From Microthyrium microscopicum (Eukaryota), in NCBI GenBank assembly GCA_010405405.1, contig MU004233.1:2148539-2212538 (forward strand): a stretch of 64,000 bases of DNA, read 5' to 3'. This document shows positions 23,083 through 32,208 of this stretch, piece by piece. The translations under genes were made by a program, and so were the position numbers. The notes under the pieces were generated by a model. It did not search any database and was not told the origin of the DNA. It was given only the letters and a program-made list of their open reading frames with translations. Position 1 is the stretch's first letter. Each line of letters starts with the position of its first letter.

Positions 23083-26000
23083 ATGCTTGTTCATATCTTC
23101 GGTGACCAGACTGCAAGACAACTTCCTTTCTTGCGGAAAGTCATCAGTAGGAAAGATAATGCTTTACTCAGTACTTTTCTTGAGCGATGCAATGTCGCCT
23201 TGAGAGAAGAGATAGATCGATTACCGCAAGTCGATCGCCCCAATATTCCCGACTTCCTCTCCATCAGTCACCTTGTGGAAGCATATTTCGACAAAGACTT
23301 GAGAGTTCCTCAGCTCGAGAGCTCCCTACTCACGATAACTCAACTCGGGCATTTCATCGGATACTACGGTGAAAATCCTTCGGAATGGAACGACGCTGTC
23401 AGCACTCGCGCCATCGGACTATGTACGGGTATTCTAGCAGCTTCAGCAGTCTCTTGCGCCAGGTCGCTATGCGAGCTTCTCCCTCTGGCTATCGAAGCCG
23501 TCCGAATATCTTTCCGGGCCGGCAACGCAGTTCAGGCTATGCGAAGTGCTTTGGCAGCAGACGATGGCAATGCTTCCTGGTCTACAATTGTCACAAACAC
23601 CAATGAAGACACCCTCCAGTCCTCATTGGCCAATTTCCATGAGAGTAACTCGGTTTCCTCACACATGCAAGCCTATATCAGCGCGGTCAGCATGATGGCA
23701 TTCACCGTCAGCGGCCCTCCTGGAACCGTGTCAAAGTTCCTTCAAAACAATGATGCTCTGAGGGATTCCAACCGAGTTCCGATTCCGGTTTATGGCCCTT
23801 ATCACGCGTCTCATTTGTATTCTACCGAAGATATCAATACAATCTTGGACACAGATACTAAGAGAAATTTGCAATCTTTTCGCCGCAACCCAAATGCACA
23901 AGTAGTCTCCTCGGCAACCGGACAATGTCATCAGTCAACTTCTGCTACCGAGCTGTTTCAGTTGGGACTTGAGGAGATGCTAAAGACGCCAGTACGATGG
24001 GATAGCATTCTTCAGGAAACTGTCTCCGAAATACCCACTGATTGCAGTATCCACGCTTTTGGCATCACAAATATTGCCAACAGTTTTGTTTCTGCTCTGA
24101 AGTCTGGAAATAGTTCATCCAAGATCAATCTGAAGGATCATACATCATGGGGAGCGCCTTCAAAAACATTTGGCCGAACGCAAAACGACAAGATTGCCAT
24201 TGTTGGTATGGCAGGCCGCTTCCCGACAGATCCAAACGCAGATTTGCTTCCCAGCTCGGCGGGCCCTGATGCTCTATGGGAGATACTGGAAAAGGGTATG
24301 GACGTTCATCGCGAAATCCCGCCTGATCGTTTCGACGCCAAAGCACATGTAGATCCCTCAGGAAAAGGCAAAAACAAAAGTCACTCTCCATACGGCTGTT
24401 TTATCGATGAGCCAGGACTTTTTGATCCACGTTTCTTTAATATGTCACCCCGGGAAGCTGCTCAGACAGATCCAATGGGTCGACTTGCTCTTGTGACGGC
24501 GTACGAAGCCTTGGAAATGTCAGGCTACGTGGCGAACCGAACGCCTTCCACAAAACTGAACCGAATTGGAACCTTCTATGGTCAAACATCTGACGATTGG
24601 CGGGAGATCAATGCTGCAGAGAATGTGGACACCTACTTCATCACTGGAGGCGTCAGAGCATTTGCCCCTGGCCGGATCAACTACTACTTTAAATTCTCTG
24701 GACCTTCTTATAGTGTCGACACTGCCTGTTCATCATCTCTCGCTGCTGTTCAACTAGCATGTACCTCATTGTGGGCTGGAGATTGCGACACGGCATGTGC
24801 CGGTGGACTTAATGTTTTAACGAATCCTGATATCTTTGCTGGATTATCAAAAGGCCAGTTTCTCTCGAAAACAGGCAGCTGCAAAACCTACGATAACGGT
24901 GCCGATGGCTATTGTCGAGGGGATGGATGCGCTACAGTGGTGCTCAAGCGGTACGAAGATGCAATTGCAGACAAGGACAACATCTTAGGCTGTATTCTCT
25001 CCGCTGCAACCAACCATTCTGCCGAAGCTGTCTCTATCACTCATCCGCATGCTGGAGCACAGGAATTCCTTTACAAACAGGTGCTAGCGACAGCAGGTGT
25101 TGACCCACATGAGGTTTCATACGTGGAGATGCACGGCACTGGAACGCAGGCAGGTGACGGCATTGAAATGACCTCAGTATCTAATACCTTCGCCCCAAGA
25201 GGTCGACAGCGAACCGAGCCTGTCTATTTGGGCGCTGTCAAAGCCAATATTGGTCATGGCGAGGCAGCTTCAGGTACCAACTCACTCATCAAAGTTTTAA
25301 TGATGATGCAAAAGAACATGATACCTGCAAACATCGGAATCAAAACAATTATCAATCAAACCTTTCCAAAAGACTTGGAGCAACGCAAAGTCATCATTCC
25401 AACCACCAATACGCCTTATCTCCGCCCCCGCGAGGGTAAGCAGCTTCGAAAACTGTTCCTTAACAACTTCAGTGCAGCAGGTGGCAACACAGCACTGCTG
25501 TTGGAAGATGGACCATTGAGAGAAACACCGAGAGTTGTTGATCCTCGAGGTACCCACATTATTACAGTCTCTGCCGGCGGTATAGCCGCATTGAAGAGAA
25601 ACATTGAACGCCTGGTGGAATGGTTAGATCAGAATCCAGAAACAACGCTTCCTAGCTTGTCATACACCACTACGGCCAGGAGACTGCAACACCACTACAG
25701 AATTGCAATCACAGTTGCGAATATGGCGGATGTTCGAAGTGCTCTCAAGGCTCAAATCAAAGATTCTTACAGCCCAATCTCTACCACCCTCACACCTCGA
25801 GTGGCATTCTGTTTTACTGGTCAAGGATCACAGTACGCAGGCTTGGGGCGCAAGTTCTATGATGAGCTGCCTTCTTTCAAAGTGGACATTGACAGACTCG
25901 CTAGTCTTGCCCAATTGCAAGGATTTCCTTCCTTTATACCAATTGTCAACGGCACCGCCATCGAAGCTCTTTCTCCTGTTGTCGTTCAATTAGGTATGGC

Positions 26001-29000
26001 ATGCATTCAAGTTGCTCTTAGCCGACTTTGGGCCTCTCTCGGTGTCAAACCATCAGCTGTAGTCGGTCACAGTTTGGGAGAATATGCAGCGCTTCATGTC
26101 GCAGGAGTTTTGTCTGCCAGCGATATGATATTCCTCGTTGGAAAGAGAGCTCAATTATTGGAGCGACACTGTACAAAGTTCAGTCACTCTATGCTGGCAG
26201 TCAAGGCTGACTTGAAGACCGTTACCAAACTCATTGGCGACAAAATGGCTGATATTGAACTTTCTTGTGTGAACAGCCCGGATGAGACTGTTCTTGGAGC
26301 CACCAACGATAACATCTCTTTCATACAGAACCTAATTAGCCTCAAGAGCCCAGGCATGAAGTGTTTCAAACTTAATGTCCCATATGCCTTTCACTCAAGT
26401 CAGGTTGTTCCTATTATGGAGTTGTTCAAGATCATTGCCGCTGGCGTGACCTACCAAAAACCACAAATTCCAGTGCTATCACCTCTCACGGGTGGCATTA
26501 TTCGAGATACCGGAGTGATTGGACCCGAGTATCTTGTCAGACATGCTCGAGAAACGGTCAACTTTTGGGGAGCGTTATCTCGGGGTATGGATCCTCGAGA
26601 AAAGCTTCTCGACGAGAAAACTGTCTGGGTCGAAATTGGCGCTCATCCCATATGCCTTGGAATGGTAAGAGCTTGCCTCGGAAACTTGCAAGTCAAGGCA
26701 GCTGCACCTTCTCTTCGCCGCAACGAAGACCCTTGGAGGACCCTGGCTGGTAGCCTCAGCTCCTTATATCTTGCAGGCGTACCGATCGACTTCAATGAGT
26801 ATCACAAATCATTCAATGAAGCACATGAGCTCCTATCTCTCCCGAAGATGTCCTTCGATGAGAAAAACTACTGGCTGGACTATCACAATAATTGGACATT
26901 GACCAAGGGCGAAGCACCTGCAATAGCAGCTCCGGTTATACACAAGGTGGAAGCAAAGTCAAAATTCTCTACTACCACATGCCAGCGCATCACCAGCGAA
27001 GATATCCAGAAGAATGTGGGAACTATCGTCATTCAAACTGATCTCACTGAGCCAAATCTCTGGTCAATTGTTACAGGACACAAAGTCAATGGTCAACCCC
27101 TCTGTCCATCCTCTCTATATGGCGATATGGCTATGACGGCAGCAGACTATCTCTACAAGAAGTTGCGACCAGATGCTAGCCCTATTGGATTGAACGTCTG
27201 CTCAATGGAAGTTCACAAACCTCTGATCATCGAGGTACCGGCTCCTGCTGACGGTCAACACCTCCAGCTAGAGGCTTCAGCAGACGTCGAGCATGGAATC
27301 GTCAACTTGACCTTCCGATATGTAAAGCCAGACGGGACTGTTATCAGAGAGCTTGTGCAAGGTCTAGTGAAGTACGAAGATATCAACGACTGGGCTGTCG
27401 AATGGGCGAGGGTTGGTTATATGGTCCAGACCCAAATCGACATTCTACAACAACAACTACACACTGGCGGCGCAAATAAGATTCTGCAACGTCTTGGCTA
27501 TAAGCTTTTCAAATCATTCGTTGATTATAGCGAGCTGTATCAAGGCATGAAAGAGATCACTCTTCATAACCATGAAATAGAAGCATCAGCCAAAGTTCGT
27601 CTTTATCCAGTTCAAAATGGGGAGAAGTATCACTGTCCGCCACACTGGATTGATTCTCTGGCACATCTATCTGGCTTCGTGCTAAATGGAACTGATCTTG
27701 CCATTGACATTGTAGATAACATCTGCATATCTCATGGGTGGACCTCGATTCGATTTGCTCGACCGTTTTCTTCGGACAAGGAGTATACGTCTTACGTGCG
27801 CATGCAACCTGCACATGGCAATGCATCCATTTTCGTAGGCGATATCTATGTCTTTGAGGAAGGTGAAGTAGTGGGTGTTGTGGGTGGTCTCAAGTTCCAA
27901 AGTATACCACGGAAGGCCTTCAACATCATGGTACCCAATCCTGCACTGAAGAAGGGATCAGCACCTCCACCTGCTATAACTATGGCCGCTCAAAAGACCA
28001 CGGAAATCAAAAAGATGTCTACATCAGCAAGCACATCCACCAACGCCGCCCCTAGCCTGAAGGTCTCAACCATGGTGACTGCCACTGAAGTTACACCTAC
28101 CGCAGAAACCACCACAACTACGGTTACTGTGGCTCAATCAGGGCCGTCAATGGTTTCACGAGTCATGAACATCATCGCAGAAGAGACAGAACTAGATATG
28201 TCAGAGCTGGTCGCTGAAGCCGCCTTCGAGAACTTGGGTGTTGACTCGCTCTTGTCTCTCACAATATCTGCAAGATTCAGAGAAGAGCTCGGCTTCGAGA
28301 TCAGTTCCACACTTTTCACTGATTATGCTACAATCGGTGAAATGCAAAAGTATTTCAGCCAATATGACAGTCCAGAGCCAGCACCTGCCGTAAACACGAG
28401 TGCAGGATCCACCCCAGAGATTGTTTCTTATGATTCAGACTCGGCGAGCGAGATGCAAGGCTCTGAGTATCCTACACCTCTGACAGCAATGACTGAGTTT
28501 TCATCTCCAGATGACCTTGGACTCGGTCCGCAATTTGCCTTTCCAGTCCCCGCTTCTCGTAGTGGTATCTCTGAAGGATTTATTGATCTTGGAAAATATT
28601 CCATGCAGAGCTCCACTGTTGGTGGCTTCTTATCCAAGAGAACAAGCATGAACAGTCTTTCAACAGTTGCTATCACAAACGCCACCTTGGAAAACAGTCG
28701 CAAGCCCAACAGACTCGGTGCTCCTCCTAAGTCAGTGCCCAGATCCCTTGCTCGACCAGCAGAGCAGAGACACGAATGGTCTGCTCCCGACATTACAGGT
28801 CTTCCGGCCGCGAATTCTGTCATGCTTCAGGGCAGTGGTAAGAATGCCACGAAGAAGTTGTTCTTGTTGCCTGATGGGAGTGGGAGCGCGACATCATATG
28901 TCTCGATCCCAAATATCTCCACCGATATGAAAGTCTATGGGCTGAACTGTCCATTCATGAAGAAGCCTGAAAACTTCACCTGCACAGTGGAACAGGTGTC

Positions 29001-29607
29001 CCACCTGTATCTCAACGAGATTCGAAGACGTCAACCTAGAGGACCCTACATGATTGGAGGCTGGTCTGCCGGTGGTGTATTTGCGTATGAAGTTGCCAGG
29101 CAAATCATCATGAGTGGAGGTGAAGTCGAAAAGCTGATTCTGCTGGACGCGCCTTGTCCTGTAGCTTTGGCTCCACTTCCTACACGACTTCATCGCTTCT
29201 TTGATCAGATTGGTCTCTTAGGCACTGGCAAAGCAGGAGGAACGCCAGGCTGGCTTCTACCACATTTCGCCGCTGCGGTCAAAGCACTTTCAGATTACGA
29301 CCCACCACCATTCCCAAGAGGATTAGCACCTCGAACAGCTGCTATTTGGTGTACAGATGGTGTATGCAAGAACCCAAGTGATCCTCGACCTCCTCCATCC
29401 GACACCGATGAGGAGGATCCAGCGCCAATGATTTGGCTGCTGAATAATCGCACCGACTTTACTGATAATGGCTGGTCTCAGCTCGTCGACAAAGACAACA
29501 TGGAATTCTACGTCATGAGTGGCAATCATTTCACGATGATGAAGCCTCCCAATTCCGAGAGTCTAGGACAACACATTCGTACCGCTTTAGGCTACTCAAG
29601 CTCTTGA
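23083..29607 (+). CDS. Non-reducing polyketide synthase, SAT-KS-AT-PT-ACP-(degenerate ACP)-TE/CLC; resembles Dothideomycete DHN-melanin (T4HN) PKS; intronless
   Basis: 2174-aa single ORF. SAT: FGDQT, GLCTG. KS: DTACSSS, HGTGT, GHGEAASG. AT: GHSLG, AFHS. PT: GHKVNG..CPSSLY, WIDSLAH. ACP: LGVDSLL. TE: GWSAGG, DAPCP, GNHFTMM. The KS segment DWREINAAENVDTYFITGGVRAFAPGRINYYFKFSGP matches my recollection of melanin PKS1/PKS18-type enzymes. Confidence 0.95.
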   Translation: MLVHIFGDQTARQLPFLRKVISRKDNALLSTFLERCNVALREEIDRLPQVDRPNIPDFLSISHLVEAYFDKDLRVPQLESSLLTITQLGHFIGYYGENPSEWNDAVSTRAIGLCTGILAASAVSCARSLCELLPLAIEAVRISFRAGNAVQAMRSALAADDGNASWSTIVTNTNEDTLQSSLANFHESNSVSSHMQAYISAVSMMAFTVSGPPGTVSKFLQNNDALRDSNRVPIPVYGPYHASHLYSTEDINTILDTDTKRNLQSFRRNPNAQVVSSATGQCHQSTSATELFQLGLEEMLKTPVRWDSILQETVSEIPTDCSIHAFGITNIANSFVSALKSGNSSSKINLKDHTSWGAPSKTFGRTQNDKIAIVGMAGRFPTDPNADLLPSSAGPDALWEILEKGMDVHREIPPDRFDAKAHVDPSGKGKNKSHSPYGCFIDEPGLFDPRFFNMSPREAAQTDPMGRLALVTAYEALEMSGYVANRTPSTKLNRIGTFYGQTSDDWREINAAENVDTYFITGGVRAFAPGRINYYFKFSGPSYSVDTACSSSLAAVQLACTSLWAGDCDTACAGGLNVLTNPDIFAGLSKGQFLSKTGSCKTYDNGADGYCRGDGCATVVLKRYEDAIADKDNILGCILSAATNHSAEAVSITHPHAGAQEFLYKQVLATAGVDPHEVSYVEMHGTGTQAGDGIEMTSVSNTFAPRGRQRTEPVYLGAVKANIGHGEAASGTNSLIKVLMMMQKNMIPANIGIKTIINQTFPKDLEQRKVIIPTTNTPYLRPREGKQLRKLFLNNFSAAGGNTALLLEDGPLRETPRVVDPRGTHIITVSAGGIAALKRNIERLVEWLDQNPETTLPSLSYTTTARRLQHHYRIAITVANMADVRSALKAQIKDSYSPISTTLTPRVAFCFTGQGSQYAGLGRKFYDELPSFKVDIDRLASLAQLQGFPSFIPIVNGTAIEALSPVVVQLGMACIQVALSRLWASLGVKPSAVVGHSLGEYAALHVAGVLSASDMIFLVGKRAQLLERHCTKFSHSMLAVKADLKTVTKLIGDKMADIELSCVNSPDETVLGATNDNISFIQNLISLKSPGMKCFKLNVPYAFHSSQVVPIMELFKIIAAGVTYQKPQIPVLSPLTGGIIRDTGVIGPEYLVRHARETVNFWGALSRGMDPREKLLDEKTVWVEIGAHPICLGMVRACLGNLQVKAAAPSLRRNEDPWRTLAGSLSSLYLAGVPIDFNEYHKSFNEAHELLSLPKMSFDEKNYWLDYHNNWTLTKGEAPAIAAPVIHKVEAKSKFSTTTCQRITSEDIQKNVGTIVIQTDLTEPNLWSIVTGHKVNGQPLCPSSLYGDMAMTAADYLYKKLRPDASPIGLNVCSMEVHKPLIIEVPAPADGQHLQLEASADVEHGIVNLTFRYVKPDGTVIRELVQGLVKYEDINDWAVEWARVGYMVQTQIDILQQQLHTGGANKILQRLGYKLFKSFVDYSELYQGMKEITLHNHEIEASAKVRLYPVQNGEKYHCPPHWIDSLAHLSGFVLNGTDLAIDIVDNICISHGWTSIRFARPFSSDKEYTSYVRMQPAHGNASIFVGDIYVFEEGEVVGVVGGLKFQSIPRKAFNIMVPNPALKKGSAPPPAITMAAQKTTEIKKMSTSASTSTNAAPSLKVSTMVTATEVTPTAETTTTTVTVAQSGPSMVSRVMNIIAEETELDMSELVAEAAFENLGVDSLLSLTISARFREELGFEISSTLFTDYATIGEMQKYFSQYDSPEPAPAVNTSAGSTPEIVSYDSDSASEMQGSEYPTPLTAMTEFSSPDDLGLGPQFAFPVPASRSGISEGFIDLGKYSMQSSTVGGFLSKRTSMNSLSTVAITNATLENSRKPNRLGAPPKSVPRSLARPAEQRHEWSAPDITGLPAANSVMLQGSGKNATKKLFLLPDGSGSATSYVSIPNISTDMKVYGLNCPFMKKPENFTCTVEQVSHLYLNEIRRRQPRGPYMIGGWSAGGVFAYEVARQIIMSGGEVEKLILLDAPCPVALAPLPTRLHRFFDQIGLLGTGKAGGTPGWLLPHFAAAVKALSDYDPPPFPRGLAPRTAAIWCTDGVCKNPSDPRPPPSDTDEEDPAPMIWLLNNRTDFTDNGWSQLVDKDNMEFYVMSGNHFTMMKPPNSESLGQHIRTALGYSSS

Positions 29608-30340
29608 TCTTCTCAATGTCTGTCTCACATCTCTCTTTGCGTTGCTATGACTTATGGAGCCATATGGGGGGATATGACTAATTTTTCTGCATTGTATAAT
29701 ATTCCATTGTCTCATGTTCTTCCCTTCACTGTATCATTATTGTCATTTTGTACTGCAATCTTTAAATTTCAGCTCGAGCTTCCTCATACATGAAAACAAG
29801 CAGGGAAAAGCAAAAAACCTGTTGAGAAAGATAGAAACATTGTGCTGTACCTAAGGAATTATTTTGGTCCAAACTTCAATGCAAGTTGTATATTATCTGT
29901 TGAAATTAGTGCAAAGTTGTGTGATCCCTGGAAAATATGGGTGTTCATGAATGAAGATAATGACTCAGGGGCCCTGCCATCGACTGCGGTGTCTATCAGG
30001 CCTTTGGCATCCTATCAGCTTATTTTCTTGCCAAAGCGGACCTTAGTTACTGTAGGAAAAGTTCAAATACTGAAATCGTTTCACCAAGAGGGGTGGCAGT
30101 GGCCATCGCATCTTCTAGCAATGGGCTTCTGTCCACTAGTACATGGAAATGAGCACTTACGGTTGTATAGAAGGTGTACATGTACCACATTGGCCATGGA
30201 TTTCACTTTTGGCGCAGATATTGATCGAATAGCGCGTATACATAGTTCCGAAGGAAAGTGATATTGTATATTTTACCACTGTTTGCTAAGATCTGCTACA
30301 ATTAAATGATTCGTAAGGAGTTTAAGATTCGGACAAATCG

Positions 30341-32208
30341 CTATAGTCCAGAGTCGCCTGCAGGTGGACTGATACCTGTAGTAGCCCATGTAGTACACCC
30401 ACTGTCCAGTGCTGATGTACTGCCGATTGATGATCTAATATCACCTGCTCTTTCAAGGAACTGTACACCGAAACCCTCACTGATGTGGAAGGCTACATGG
30501 CAATGGAATAGCCAAGCTCCTGGATTGTCTGCTTGGAAAGCTACCACGATCCAGCCTCCAGCAGGGAGCGTCACAGTGTCTCGAAAGATTGGATTGTTAT
30601 ACTTTAGCGTGGTGGCGGGGTTGAAAGTTCCCGTTCCAGAGCCTAATAGGAAGAATCTATGTCCATGAAGATGTATTGGATGGGGTAGTGGTGGACCGGC
30701 GATTACATTTTGAATTACCCAGTATGTCCACTGGTTTGAGTCAGTAACGATGGTTTGAATTTGAAGGATATGAACTCACCACATTGGCAGGACCAATTGC
30801 GTATAGATTTTCCGATGTGGGGAAACTTGTGGTCCCAGCAAGAGATTGCTGAAGTGTCGGATGAGACCAGTCAACTTTAATGGCTGAACCGTTGATAAGC
30901 CATTGCACAAAGATTTGGCCAGTGGAAGTGGTGGGTGAAAAAGACACAGCAAACTGCTTGGCCGTGCCGGCTGGGACAGTTTTCGTTACAACTGGTGCTG
31001 GGGCTGTTTCTTCTCCGCATCCAGATGGATTGCTTCCCGTGGAGGTGGGATTTGCAACAGGTGCTCCTGTATATCGGATGATTGCTCGAATGTTGGCAGC
31101 GTTGCTGTTAGGTCCATCGCATGTACCTCCACCTGTGCCAACTCGAAGCCAATAGTTTCCTACAGCTTGGCTAGCATTGAAAATGACGTCGTATCTTTGT
31201 CCTAATGAACAGTTAGTATTATGATCCATAAAGTGGTAGCTATGAGAAACAAATCACGTACCAACTGTAAGTACCAAAGAGTTGGTGGTATAAGGCGTGA
31301 TGGGAGTAAAGTCAGCCGCGACGACTGTGAATGGGTGACCGTCGGCAGAGACGTGGAAATACTGGTTGATCCCAGTATTGATGATACGCAAAAGATGAAG
31401 TTTGTTAGGAGTCACGTTGATAACACTATAAGCACCTCCAGAACTAGAGGTCATGGACCCGTTGACAAGAGCATTGTCTGCTGTAAGTGGCCCTGTTGAG
31501 TGTAACTCTCGAGCATTGAGAGTAAATATGGGTGTATGAAACCAATCTGTCAATGGTAAAGCCCCTGTATCGATATCCCAGTTCGATGTAGTTGGGCCAT
31601 TGATGATGATTGGTCCGGAGACACCATCTCCATACTGAACGGAGTAGTGGGAGTGATACCAGGATGTCCCGTACTCGGTCGCCTGGAATGTGTAAGTTCT
31701 ACTCTGTCCAGGGGCGATTGGGCATTCGGTGAGTCCTGGAGTACCATCTTGCTGATTTGTGTTGAGCTGTCGGAGTCCATGCCAATGAATTCCAGTTCCA
31801 TTAGTAGTAAGACTATTTGTGACTGTAACGGAAATTTTGTCACCCCAGTTCGCACGAATTGCTGGGCCTGGATATTGGCCATTGACGACCATCATCGGGC
31901 GTGAAAATCCATCAGGTGCCAGTGTCTTGCTTGAAATGACCCAATTGAGCTAGAAACAAAGTCAGCAACTTTCCGTAGGCTGCAGAGAATGCAATGGTAC
32001 TTACTGTAACTGTTTTCCCTGTGTTTGGCCAGGTAGTTTGGGTGTCCGTAGACGTACTCAGTCCTCCACTCCAACACTGTCTAGTAGTTGGAGTGTTGGT
32101 ACATGTCTGGCGTTCTTCGAGATTTTGAAGTTGTCGAGGAACACCAGCTTCGGAGAGAGAAGCTAGACCCAAGGCCAAAATGGCATAGAAACTTTGGAGC
32201 CCCAACAT
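30341..32208 (-). CDS. Ascomycete laccase sensu lato (AA1_3-type) with C-terminal DSGL plug
   Basis: Exons 32208-32005, 31949-31262, 31201-30780, 30730-30341 with canonical splice sites. Signal/propeptide ..LEER|QTCTNTPTTRQCW. Cu motifs HWHG, WYHSH, HPIHLHGH and HCHVAFH-x4-F. Ends in GDSGL*. Confidence 0.93.
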
